64,000 nt of DNA from an uncultured Treponemataceae bacterium (lineage in GTDB: Bacteria > Spirochaetota > Spirochaetia > Treponematales > UBA12059): contig CAYZZW010000003.1 of NCBI GenBank assembly GCA_964482955.1, positions 68,676 through 132,675 of the forward strand, given 5' to 3'. A model generated the notes under the pieces. That model had not been told where the DNA came from. It saw nothing but the letters and a program-made list of their open reading frames with translations, and did not search any database. The position numbers and the translations under genes are program-made. Of this stretch, positions 48,290 through 58,800 are shown piece after piece. Positions within the stretch are counted from its first letter, which is position 1; each line of letters starts with the position of its first letter.

Positions 48290-48305
48290 CGGATACCCCA
48301 TTGTC

Positions 48306-49817
48306 TCAGCGGACGCTCTGGGCCAGACGCAGCCCGATGAACTCGTCGCGGTAGGACGGATCGTACGGGTAGCGTATGCTCGTGCGCGCGCCGTCCTCGT
48401 TGTAGTACCAGGAACCGCCGCGCAGGACGCGGTAATCGTCGCCGCCGGGGCCGACCGGATCGGTCTGGTCCGCGGCGTCGTAGCTCCCGAAATTGTCCCA
48501 GCACCATTCCCACACGTTGCCGCTCATGTCGTACAGCCCGAGCTCGTTCGCGGCCTTGAGCGCCACTTCGTGGGCCAGGTCGCCCGAGTTGCCCTTGTAG
48601 AACGCCACCGCGTCGATGTCGTCTGAACCCGCGTAACGGGTGCCCCGCGACTTCTGGCCGCCGCGCGCGGCGTATTCCCATTCGGCTTCGGTGGGCAGGC
48701 GGTAGCCGTCCGCGCCGAAATCGCACGTTACCGAAGCGCCGTCCACGCGGTACGCGGGCGCGAGCCCGTCCTTGAGGCTCTTGGCGTTGCAGAACGCGAC
48801 GGCGTCCAGCCACGACACCGATTCCACGGGAAGGTTCTTGTACCCCTGGATGGCGCTCGGGTTCGAACCCATGACCGACTGCCATTCGCCCTGCGTGACT
48901 TCGTACTTGCTCAGGCGATAGTCGCCCAGCGTCACCGCGTGCACCGGCTCGGCGATGCCGCGCTGGCCCATCTGGAAGGCGCCGCCCTTCACGAGGACGA
49001 ACTCCGACTTGAGCTGCGGCCGAGCCGCCGTGGGCTTGGCCGCGCGAGTGGGGATGGCCGCCGCGGGCTTCTTCGCGGTCGCGGAAGCCGTGTCGACCGT
49101 GGCCGACGAACCCGCCGGGCCCGACGATCTCCGTTCGGCTTCGGAACTCTGCCGCTTGAGCTCCGCCACCTTGTCGATGCGGGCTTTCGCCTCCGCGTAC
49201 TCGGCGGCGGCCACCATGCCCCGTTCGTTCATGCTCTCGAGCACTTCGCGCGCGAACGCCGGGGCCGCCGAATCGAGCGCCTTGTCGACGAGCGCGAGCC
49301 CTTCCTCTTTCGTCAGGATGGCCGCCGCGATGAAGCGACCGCGCTCGACTTCGACGCTTTCGTCCGCGCTCACGGCGTCGCGGAAGGGCAGGGTCATGGC
49401 CTCGACGTATTCGGCGCGCGCCAGCGCGGCTTCCATCGCCTTGGAAGCGGGCGCTTCGGCGCGTGCCGCCTCCAGCGCGTCCACCAGTTCCGAAACGGCG
49501 CGATCCCTCGTCATCCCCGTTTCGCTACTCGGCCCCACCTGACCGTTCGCGGTCATGCCAGCGAGCGCTTCGTCGACGAGCTTCGCCGCGGAATCGCGCG
49601 AAACGGAATCTTTGGCTTCCAGGGCGGACACGATGCCGCGGGCGGCGTCTTTCGGATCCGACGGCGCTGCGGATGGTGCGGTCGTCCGCGTTGAATCTGT
49701 CGTTGTAGAGTTTGTCGCGGTTTCCTTTTTCGTGCAGGAAACGAGCGCGATGAACGTCATCGTCGAAAGCAGCGCCGTGACGCAAAGTACCGCAATCATT
49801 TTGATCGTTCTTGTCAT
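48306..49817 (-). CDS. Lipoprotein with a C-terminal FGE-sulfatase (SUMF1/C-type-lectin-like fold) domain, probably non-catalytic
   Basis: 503-aa ORF. The lipobox is MTRTIKMIAVLCVTALLSTMTFIALVSC, followed by an Ala/Glu-rich helical region. The FGE-sulfatase domain has YRLSKYEVTQGEWQSVMG, YRLPTEAEWEYAARGG, LYDMSGNVWEWCWD and RVLRGGSWYYNEDGAR. The Cys pair of true formylglycine-generating enzymes is absent after RGGSW. Confidence 0.85.
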   Translation of the reverse strand: MTRTIKMIAVLCVTALLSTMTFIALVSCTKKETATNSTTTDSTRTTAPSAAPSDPKDAARGIVSALEAKDSVSRDSAAKLVDEALAGMTANGQVGPSSETGMTRDRAVSELVDALEAARAEAPASKAMEAALARAEYVEAMTLPFRDAVSADESVEVERGRFIAAAILTKEEGLALVDKALDSAAPAFAREVLESMNERGMVAAAEYAEAKARIDKVAELKRQSSEAERRSSGPAGSSATVDTASATAKKPAAAIPTRAAKPTAARPQLKSEFVLVKGGAFQMGQRGIAEPVHAVTLGDYRLSKYEVTQGEWQSVMGSNPSAIQGYKNLPVESVSWLDAVAFCNAKSLKDGLAPAYRVDGASVTCDFGADGYRLPTEAEWEYAARGGQKSRGTRYAGSDDIDAVAFYKGNSGDLAHEVALKAANELGLYDMSGNVWEWCWDNFGSYDAADQTDPVGPGGDDYRVLRGGSWYYNEDGARTSIRYPYDPSYRDEFIGLRLAQSVR

Positions 49818-49850
49818 GCCAGTACTCCCATGAATCGTCTGGTGAACCGT

Positions 49851-51116
49851 TTATTTCCGGATGTCTTCAAAGACGGCTTTCGAACCGTCCCAGCTGAAAT
49901 CGGCCGCTTTCGCGCGCGTTGTCCGGCCGTCGGCGAAGATGTCGGAATCGATGATGTGCCCGAGGATCACATCGCCCGACGCGTCGAGGCGGAGCTGGAT
50001 GCCTTGGGCGAAGCGATAGGTCTTGCCGTCAGCGGCCCGGAGCGGCGTCGGTTCTTTCAGGACGAGTACCGACTTGTCGAAACGTGCCGTGCCGCCCGTG
50101 AAATCCGCTCCCCACCCCAGCGTCTGCACGGCGACACCGCGGATGTCGGTGGTGCCTTCGGATCGCGCCACGCCCTGGATCACGCGGCCTTCGTCGTTCC
50201 AGTTGATCGACATCGCCCAACCGGGTTGGAACGCGTACGCCTTTCCGTCGTTCGCGTCGAGACGCGCCTCTTCATCGAGGTACGCCTCCCCGAGCAGGAT
50301 CGAAGGCTGCCCGCTTTCCGGGCGGTCGAACCAAGCCATGCACCACGCGACGGCAAGGTCGCGTCCCGCGAAGCGGATCTTCTGGCTTAGCAACGCGCCG
50401 CTCTTGACGAGTCCGGATCCGCCGTCATCGAAGCATGTGTAGCGGAATCCGGCGGTGAAATAATACGAACGTCCGTCCAGCGCTTCGAGACTCGTCATGG
50501 CGTCCAAGGCGACCTTGCGACGTCCGAAGACCGCGCGCCCTCCCTCGTCGAAACTCAAGTCGCACGCGTTCACGACGACCGGTCGACCCGTTTCCAGCTT
50601 GAGGGTGCGGACGCCTTGCACGGTTCCGCGCTCGACAAGACCTTCCGTCGTCAGCCACAGTTCCTCGCCTGCCATGAAAGGGTAAGCGTTTCCGTCACGC
50701 GCTTTCAGGATGATATCGTCGATCGGCATCGAAAAATCGCCCGCCAGATCGTACGCCGCGACACGGATTGTCCTGCCCTGAAGCGTCGCGTCCTTTTCTT
50801 CCCTGAATCCGGCTTCGAAAAGCGTTCCGTCCTTGTCGATGCATACCGGGTGGTCCCAACCGCCCATCAGGACGGTAGCCCGTCCGTCCGGCAGCGTCAC
50901 GTCGGCGTCGTTCCGCAAGTAAAGGCGATATCCGCCTCCGTCCAGCTCCGTGACGGAAACGCAATCGAGCTCCTGCCCGTTCCAGGAGAAGGAGCGCTCC
51001 GTATTTCCGCCCGAGCCGACGGCCTGTGCTTCTGGGTCCGCGCTCGTAAAAGGCAACGCGAGCTCGCTGACGATGAGGAGAAGGACAAGGCGGGCAAGGC
51101 GGCTCGGATGGATCAC
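49851..51116 (-). CDS. Exported repeat protein of unknown function
   Basis: 421-aa ORF preceded by GAGGAGG. The N-terminus is signal-like (MIHPSRLARLVLLLIVSELALPFTSA). It has at least five spaced repeats of the form DG(K/R/N)xYxFxxG ... G: DGRATVLMGG, DGNAYPFMAG, DGRSYYFTAG, DGKAYAFQPG, DGKTYRFAQG. I recognised no family. Confidence 0.7.
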   Translation of the reverse strand: MIHPSRLARLVLLLIVSELALPFTSADPEAQAVGSGGNTERSFSWNGQELDCVSVTELDGGGYRLYLRNDADVTLPDGRATVLMGGWDHPVCIDKDGTLFEAGFREEKDATLQGRTIRVAAYDLAGDFSMPIDDIILKARDGNAYPFMAGEELWLTTEGLVERGTVQGVRTLKLETGRPVVVNACDLSFDEGGRAVFGRRKVALDAMTSLEALDGRSYYFTAGFRYTCFDDGGSGLVKSGALLSQKIRFAGRDLAVAWCMAWFDRPESGQPSILLGEAYLDEEARLDANDGKAYAFQPGWAMSINWNDEGRVIQGVARSEGTTDIRGVAVQTLGWGADFTGGTARFDKSVLVLKEPTPLRAADGKTYRFAQGIQLRLDASGDVILGHIIDSDIFADGRTTRAKAADFSWDGSKAVFEDIRK

Positions 51117-51406
51117 GTGTTCCTCCTCGAACTTGTTGGCATGATACGATAATTACGAGGCCGGGTTTTGGGTTACGGGGGAGAAGGAAATTTGTTTCGC
51201 GTTCTTCGCGGATGCTTGAAAACGCCGCATCCGGAAGCGGGGATTCTCTCGACTAGTGATGATGTTGACCTCTGGAAACCGAAGCCGAGTATCGGCGAGC
51301 CCGAACCGTATGTCAAGGATAATGGGCGTCGCTGCGGCTGGTCGAAAAAGATAAAACATGCCGCTTCCGTCAGCTTGATCTCATGTTACACGAGCTTGAT
51401 TCCGGT

Positions 51407-51435
51407 TTGACAGCACCCGAAACGCCCCTTATAGT
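51407..51435 (+). promoter_or_regulatory. Candidate sigma70 promoter for the giant-gene operon
   Basis: TTGACA (51407-51412), a 17-nt spacer, then TATAGT (51430-51435), about 90 nt upstream of the ATG at 51528. It sits inside the AT-richer 411-bp divergent spacer. Confidence 0.45.
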
Positions 51436-51527
51436 GACCGCAACAAGTAACCGAAGACTAATCCGCGTGTTTATCGGGCAGGTCCACGACCGCTTTCCCG
51501 AAAATCCATGCATGAAGGACAAGCCAC

Positions 51528-54500
51528 ATGAAACGTCCGCGCATCGTCGCCCTCCTGACAGTGATCGTCGCCGCAGCTTCCTTCGCCCAAACCCCTTCTT
51601 TGGACGACTACCGCGTGTGGACCCAGCTCAAGGAATACGTCTATTGCGATACCGGCGTGGCGGAATCGGGGGAAGTGCTGGGTATCTTTCCGGATTTTCC
51701 GCCTTTCGCCGATTTCCCCTTTCGGTATCGGGGCCAGGACACCTTCGCGGTCACCGGATCAGGCAACGAGATTTTCGTGGACGGGAAACCGTATTGCCTG
51801 CTCGTGGAAACCGAAGCTGATTTCGCGAAAGCCGACGGACGTTACGAAGCGTTGTGGTTCACGGACGCCGCCCTGCTCAAGCCCGAACGTCTCAAGCTGC
51901 TCCCGAAGCCGCTCGCGGGACGCAGCATCAAGATTACCGGGGCGGACGACGAGACGATTGCCGGCATGGTGAATGCGGGAGTCCTGGATGGCGTGACGGT
52001 GCTCTCCGTCAGTCGGTGCCGTATCGGAGATGATACGGCGATAGCACTGTGCAAAAGGCTTCCCGATCTTGAATATCTTGATATCACCGCCACTGACGTC
52101 GGGGATCGCGGCTTTCTGGAAGGCGTCGTGTCGTTTTGCGGCGGATTGAGAGGACTCAGTATCCGGGAAACCCGAATAACGGAGGCGAGTTACGTCAAGG
52201 GAATTTCCAAACTCGCCACTTTGAGGAACCTGTATCTCGGGGACTGGTCAGGAACCAGCCTGACGGATCGGGCCATTGTCGATGGCGTTTGCGCCGTCAA
52301 AGGGCTCAGGAAGATCGACATCATGTGGGCCAGCAGTCCTACGGATGTTTCAATGGCGGCGCTTTCCGGATTGCCTGAACTCCGGAGCCTCGTTTTTTCC
52401 TGCCCGAAGGTGACGGATCGGGCACTGATGACTATCGCGAAAAACGCGAAAAAGCTGATGGAACTCCGCTTCGGAACCGGTCGGAACGCGAAACAAGATG
52501 ACGCCTTGGTTTCGCTGGGCGCGATGCAGAACCTGAAAATCCTGCATCTCAATACGGATTACGGAGTCGAGTGGAACGAAATCTACGAGCCCATCATGAG
52601 CGAAATCGCCTGGAGAGACGGTATCGGCAAGCTCGGGAATTTGAAGGTATTGGGAATCAACGGGGCGCGAATCACGGAAGCCGACGCGCGCGATGGTCTC
52701 GGTCGGCTCGAAAACCTCGAGTTCCTCCAGCTTATGGGCTCCGATCTGAACGACAGGACCATGTCCGTGGCCTTCGCCAACCTCCATAAGTTAAAGCGCG
52801 TGTATCTGAACGACTGCAAACAAGCCGGCGACGACGGGGCGATCGCTCTCTGCGTCAACAACCCGGGCATGGATACGCTTTACATCAGCCAGTCAACCAT
52901 CGGCGACCGGGCGTTCGTCGACGGGATTTCCCGCCTCAAGTCGCTCAGGACGCTCAACGTGTGGGGCAACCGACGCTTGGGAACGGATGGCGTCGTCGCA
53001 TTGTGCGAAGGATGTCCGGATCTGTTGTCGCTCGACATGCTCGGAGCCCAAGTAGACGTAAAAGCCTTCAACGAAGGCGTCGCATCGCTCAAGAAACTCG
53101 TCAGGCTCGGCGCGCAACAAACGTCGTTGTCGGACGATTTCTTTTCGGGGAATCCCGATATCGCGCCCAGGCTGAAAGTACTTGTCGCACACGATCACAC
53201 CGAATTGACCGATCGTTTCGCCAAAGAAGTATTGCCTAAAATGAGGAACCTTTATTCCCTCACGGTGGCGGGAACCCGGATTTCCGAGGAAGCCCTCTAC
53301 GCCGCGCTTCCGCGCCTCCCCCGCCTCTATTCGATCGACGACCAGACCGTGAAGGATAGGATGCGCTACCTGCTCGAGCGTATCGCCGTGAAAAAGCGGG
53401 TGGGGCCGGATATCTACAGATTCGATCCAGGCACGGGGACGCTCGGCGGACTCAAATGCGGCATGGCGCTGGCCGAGATAGAATCCGTTTACGGCAGGAA
53501 ACTCGTTCCGTGGAAAAACCCGGACGAGTGGGAACGGACGAACTTCGACGCCGTGTACGAACTGTTCGGTCTCAAGATCTGCTCCAAGAACGGCCGCGTG
53601 GCGCGGATCCTGAGCCCGTGGTGGGACATGAAGTTTTCGACCGTCGCCGGAACGACGCTCGGCATGAAACTCGAACGAGGTCTGGCGCTCGAGCGAAAAC
53701 CCGATGACATAAGTCAAAACAGCTTCGCGTTCCGCGATGGTCCGGAAACCCGCTCATTCTTGACTGAAGAAAAAGGTCGGATTGTCCATTTCGAAGTCAA
53801 TACGAAGATCGAATTTCTGGAAACCGCCGGACTGCCGTCGTTCGCTCCTCTGCCGAGGGAACTGGTTGATTCGCTCGGTGACCGGGCATTCATGTTCAAG
53901 ACAGGTAAGGAACTCGAGTTGTGCGGTATCGCGCCGGGCATGAAGATTCCCGAAATTCTCTCGAAAACGTACGCAAATTACGCGGCACTCGACGCCGTAA
54001 GGGAACTTCAAGCGCTGCCCGGCGAGACGATGTATCGTTTTCCGAACGTTGCCTTCGCGGCGAAGAACGGCATCGTGACGCGCGTACAGGGCAACCTATG
54101 GGACGCGCGACTCCATCTATCCAGCATGAACGTGAAGGTGGGCGACGATTCGGCGATGCTCGTGGCTTCGACCGGCGCCCCGCAGCGTACGACGAACCGG
54201 AGCGACGGCCTCCGTGAGCTCGCGTGGGACGCCGCGAAAGCGACGGTCGTCGTCATCGTGGACAGGCACGGAACCGTGGCCGGTTTCCGCCTGGAGATCC
54301 TGGCGTCAGGCGTTACGGGCGGCAACCGTGTATTCGACAACGAAGAAGATCCGAACGCCGGGGAACGCTTCCGCTCAGCCGTCGCGCGAATCTCCGAAGG
54401 ATCCGGGCGCTGGGAAGCATGGGACAACATCCGCGATTTCTCGTGTTCGAATGGCCGCATACTCGGCGTCGCGAGAAACGATGATCCCTACTTCGGCGCA

Positions 54501-55880
54501 GAAGGTCTTTCCATCGGGGGCGCGGAAGGGCAGAAGATCGTCGTGCGGTTCAAGGCGGGCTCGGGGGATTCGATCGGCATGTATTGGATAACCGAAGACG
54601 CGCCGGAATTCGATGAAGAAAAAGCGATGCATCTTCCTCTCGTTTCTGACGGCCAGTTCCGCGACTACGTGTTCGACGTGGGCGCCAGATCTGAATGGGC
54701 GGGCAAGCGGATCACCGGTCTCCGCATCGATCCGACGGAAGGCGGTCCCGGCGGACCGTTCGAGATCGAGTCGATCAAGGGCGTGTATCTATCGAAGTCG
54801 GAGCGCGAGGCGCTCGACCGGAAGAACAATCCGCAGCTCGGAAAATCCTTCGAGCGCATCGTTGCGAACTTGGCGGCCGAATGCGGCATGAGGCCGGGTT
54901 TCCGGACGGATTTCAAAGACGCGGCTATCAAGACTTTTGACCGGTGGAATTCGCCGGAACTCGTCGTGAAAGACGGAGCGGTCATATTCGCGAAGGGCAA
55001 TACCGAAGATCCCGCGTTCGTCCGGCCGTCTACCATGAAGCCGGGCAAGCTCATAGCCCTGCGCTTCCGCAAGACGCCGGGAGCCAGATTCGCGATGGAT
55101 GTCGAACGCGGAACCTGGGACACGCCGGATTTCCAGAGCATACACGTGGAAGGGGTTCCCGAACAGGAATGGTATTCGAGCGGATTCAACGCGGGAGCCG
55201 ATAAGCGCGCGGACTGGGAAACCCGTGGATACGAGGTCAAAAACGACGGCGAGTACCTGGCCGTCTGGACGACGACCGAAGACGGGAAACTTCTGGTGAA
55301 TGTCTATGACGCGAATGGCCGTGAATGGAGTTCGGGACCGCGTTTGGCCGTCGCCGGCATGCCCTGGCATTGGATCGTCAGGATATGGGAAGGTTCGATA
55401 AAGCTGGTAGACTACGCCGAATACGAAATCGTCAAACCGGCGAGTGATTTTGCGAAGATCATGGAGGTCATTTCCGCGGACCCCGCCGGCTGGTATCCGC
55501 TCAATCAAATGAAGGGCCTGGATTCCGCGGGAACGACGCTGAAGGGTACGGCGACCGGTGGCGATCCGAGTCTGGAACGATACGATATGTGTTTTCAAGG
55601 CGACAGGAACCAAACCATCGTGATTCGCGCCAAGGCCGAATCCGGAAAGATGATCGCCCTGTATTGGTGCAGCAACGACACGAATACCATGGACGAGACA
55701 AAGTCCATCCATCTTCCGCTCATCGCGGACGGCAAGTTCCACGATTACGTCTTCAAGGTAGGTTCCGATCCCGATTGGATCGGCAAGACTATATCCGGTC
55801 TCCGCATCGACCCGACGGAAGGCGGCCCCGGTGGCCCGTTCGAGATCGAGTTGATCAAAGGTCTCTACAAAGGAAGGTAA
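51528..55880 (+). CDS. Giant exported protein 1: conserved N-domain, RNI-type leucine-rich repeats, small beta-rich domains, and two copies of an unassigned ~140-aa module flanking a ~220-aa module
   Basis: 1450-aa ORF with a signal-like N-terminus (MKRPRIVALLTVIVAAASFAQ). The LRR array spans roughly aa 140-600 (nt 51945-53327), for example LPDLEYLDITATDVGDRGFLEGV and LENLEFLQLMGSDLNDRTM. The modules end in GLRIDPTEGGPGGPFEIESIKGVY (A1, nt 54378-54788) and GLRIDPTEGGPGGPFEIELIKGLY (A2, nt 55449-55868). Confidence 0.85.
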   Translation: MKRPRIVALLTVIVAAASFAQTPSLDDYRVWTQLKEYVYCDTGVAESGEVLGIFPDFPPFADFPFRYRGQDTFAVTGSGNEIFVDGKPYCLLVETEADFAKADGRYEALWFTDAALLKPERLKLLPKPLAGRSIKITGADDETIAGMVNAGVLDGVTVLSVSRCRIGDDTAIALCKRLPDLEYLDITATDVGDRGFLEGVVSFCGGLRGLSIRETRITEASYVKGISKLATLRNLYLGDWSGTSLTDRAIVDGVCAVKGLRKIDIMWASSPTDVSMAALSGLPELRSLVFSCPKVTDRALMTIAKNAKKLMELRFGTGRNAKQDDALVSLGAMQNLKILHLNTDYGVEWNEIYEPIMSEIAWRDGIGKLGNLKVLGINGARITEADARDGLGRLENLEFLQLMGSDLNDRTMSVAFANLHKLKRVYLNDCKQAGDDGAIALCVNNPGMDTLYISQSTIGDRAFVDGISRLKSLRTLNVWGNRRLGTDGVVALCEGCPDLLSLDMLGAQVDVKAFNEGVASLKKLVRLGAQQTSLSDDFFSGNPDIAPRLKVLVAHDHTELTDRFAKEVLPKMRNLYSLTVAGTRISEEALYAALPRLPRLYSIDDQTVKDRMRYLLERIAVKKRVGPDIYRFDPGTGTLGGLKCGMALAEIESVYGRKLVPWKNPDEWERTNFDAVYELFGLKICSKNGRVARILSPWWDMKFSTVAGTTLGMKLERGLALERKPDDISQNSFAFRDGPETRSFLTEEKGRIVHFEVNTKIEFLETAGLPSFAPLPRELVDSLGDRAFMFKTGKELELCGIAPGMKIPEILSKTYANYAALDAVRELQALPGETMYRFPNVAFAAKNGIVTRVQGNLWDARLHLSSMNVKVGDDSAMLVASTGAPQRTTNRSDGLRELAWDAAKATVVVIVDRHGTVAGFRLEILASGVTGGNRVFDNEEDPNAGERFRSAVARISEGSGRWEAWDNIRDFSCSNGRILGVARNDDPYFGAEGLSIGGAEGQKIVVRFKAGSGDSIGMYWITEDAPEFDEEKAMHLPLVSDGQFRDYVFDVGARSEWAGKRITGLRIDPTEGGPGGPFEIESIKGVYLSKSEREALDRKNNPQLGKSFERIVANLAAECGMRPGFRTDFKDAAIKTFDRWNSPELVVKDGAVIFAKGNTEDPAFVRPSTMKPGKLIALRFRKTPGARFAMDVERGTWDTPDFQSIHVEGVPEQEWYSSGFNAGADKRADWETRGYEVKNDGEYLAVWTTTEDGKLLVNVYDANGREWSSGPRLAVAGMPWHWIVRIWEGSIKLVDYAEYEIVKPASDFAKIMEVISADPAGWYPLNQMKGLDSAGTTLKGTATGGDPSLERYDMCFQGDRNQTIVIRAKAESGKMIALYWCSNDTNTMDETKSIHLPLIADGKFHDYVFKVGSDPDWIGKTISGLRIDPTEGGPGGPFEIELIKGLYKGR

Positions 55881-55883
55881 ACG

Positions 55884-58800
55884 ATGAACAAATCATCCCG
55901 CGTCACGCTGATGCTCGCGCTGCTGTGTGCGGCCATGGTGACCGCGCAGGCCCCGTCTCCGGACGGGTACCGGCACTGCATCGTGTTCAAGGAAAACGCG
56001 TTCATCGACGACTTTTGCGCGCGACCCGGGGACCTCGTGAGCATAAGCGTCGATTTCCCGCCGTGGGGCAGCGTGCCGTTCCGCTATGAAGGCCAGGAAT
56101 CGATACGGATCTCCGGCAAGGGCAACGAGATCTTCATAGACGGGAAACCGTGGTGCCTGCTCATCGAGTCGGAGGCGGATTTCGCCAAGGCGGATTCGCG
56201 CTACGCCGCGCTCTGGTTCACGAAAGGCGAACTCCTGAAGCCGGAGTACTTCAAGAAGATCCCCGGATCGCTGGCCAATAGGATCATCCGGGTATCGAAA
56301 ACGACCACGGAACAGTGGAAGGCGATAGCGGAGTCCGGAGCCTTGGACGCGGTAACCATTCTGGACATTTCCGGTTGCCCGATCCAGGGCCATTGGTTCC
56401 TGCCGACGCTCAAGCGCATGCCGAATCTCGTGTACCTCGACGCGAGCAATACGAATATCAACGATGGCGGAGCACTGGCGAGTCTCCAAGAGTATGCGGG
56501 AACTCCGAAACTAGAAACGTTGCTCTTGCATGGCGTGATTGTCTGGGAAGCCGATTTGGTGAACGGGATTTCAAAGCTAACGATGCTTCGTTCCCTCGCG
56601 TTCGTCAACTATTGGGAAGGTTTTCCAAAACCTGAGGTCATAAGTGCTCTGTGCAAGCTTGAAAAACTGGAAAATCTCGAACTGGGACCGGTTGCTTTTC
56701 TTTCCGACGACAATCTCAAGACAATCTGCGAACGGCTCGTGAATCTCCGGAAACTGCGTATCTATTCGAAAAAAGCAACGTCGGCAGCCGTCATCGACTC
56801 AATTTCAAAACGCACAGACCTCGTGGAATTGCAACTCGGTCTGTCGACGAACGGACTTTCGGAAGACGCGGTCGTGTCGCTGTCGAAGCTGCAAAACCTC
56901 AAAAAGCTCAACCTCAATACGGATTACTGGCCCAACTGGAACGAGCCTTTCAAGCCGCTGCTGACGGAACGGAGCTGGATCGACGGTCTCGGCAAGCTCG
57001 CTTCGCTCGAAAGCTTAACCGCGTACGGGGCGCGGATCACGGAAAAAGCCGCGCGGGAGGGATTGGGGCGGCTTTCGAACTTGACCTATCTCGATCTGTG
57101 CGGCAACGAGCTCGACGACGCGGGGGCCAAGGCCGCGTTCCCGACGCTCGGGAAGCTCCGCCACCTCAACCTCTATCGATCTCCCAAGTTGGGCGATGAC
57201 GGAGTGGTAGCCGTCTGCGCTGGTGCTCCGCAACTTGAAACGCTGCTCGTGACGAGCTCCGGACTTTCGGATCGCGGCATCAAGGAGGGAATCGCCAAGC
57301 TGTCGAAGTTGCGCGTGACGAAGCTGTCGATCAACAAGATAACGGCGGACGGCTTGATCGCCCTCTGCTCGGCGATACCGGGCATTACCACGTTGGACAT
57401 CGGCGGACAGAATATCGAGGACCGCGGTTTCGTCGAAGGCTTGCCCAAACTGAAAAATCTGGAAGTATTGAACGCATGGCAGTCGCTCATTACCGACCGG
57501 TACTTCCTGGAGCATCCCGAAATGGCGACGAAGTTCCGCGTGCTTGATTTCCATGACCACGCGATGATGACCGATCGCTTCGCCAAGGAAGTCCTGCCGA
57601 CGATGACAAACCTGCATTCCTTGAACGTAGACAAAAATCCCGTGAGCGAGGAAGCGGTCGTGTCGGTACTGCCGCGGCTTCCGCGTCTCGACACTCTGGA
57701 CGGAGAACCGGTATTTGAACGGCAAAAGCGGTATGTCGAGCGGATTGGCATCAAGAAACGCGTCGGGTCGGGAATTTATACGTTCGACGTGGCGACGAAC
57801 GTCTACGGCGGGGTGCGGCTCGGCATGACCTTGCAGGAAGTCGCGTCCATCTACGGTTCAATGCCCACACGCGTGGCCAAGCCCAGCGAATGGGAGGCGA
57901 AGACCTTCGAATCGGTCTGGGAGAACTTCAACCTCCGCTTTGGGGTAAAACGGAACCGCGTCGTCCGCATCGCGGGGCAGTGGTGGGATCCGAGGTATAC
58001 GACCAAGACTGGCGTGCGACCCGGGACGATCCTCGCCGCGGCCAAGACGGCCGACCGGGCGCCGGACGAAGTCCGCGACGACGCGCTCGTGTACCGCAAC
58101 GGCATCGTCTCGTTCACGATCGGCGCGTACGCCTTGGTCGGTTCCGATCGCTACGTCACGGATTTCTCGGCCGACGCGGACATCGACGCGCTCGAAGCCT
58201 CCGGTCTGCCGAAGCTCGCGCCGTTCGACGATGTACTCAATACCGCTTTGAAAGGCGACGCCTTTACGCTCAGGACTGGGGACAAGCCTTCGATCGGCGG
58301 CATCCGGCCGGGCATGAAGTACGACGGCGTCGTATGGAACGTCTACGCCGGGCAGGCGCCGCTCGAGGGATCCCCGGGCGTGAAAGCCGCAGCCGGCGAA
58401 AAGTCGTACCATTACGGCAACGTCTCGTTCGGCGCGAAGAACGGTCTCGTTACCTGGGTGTCGGGCAACGCGTGGGACGAACGATTCAAGGTTTCGAAAC
58501 CCCGCATGCGCGTGGGCGATCCGGCGGACGAACTCCTCAGGAAAGCCGGCCCGGCGGCGAGGAAGGCGAAAACGGACGACGGGCTCGACGATCTGGCGTG
58601 GGAAACGCCCGACGCCGTGGTGCATGTTTTTATCGACCGATATGGCACGATCGCGGGCTTCCGGCTTGACGCCCAAACCACCGCTAAAATACCGCGCCAT
58701 CCGTTCTGGAACGATCCGACGGATTACGGAAAGGGTGTGTCCGCGTGGGGCTCGCTCAAGCCGGGAGACGTCGCGGAATTCACGGCGGGCGGGGTGTCCT

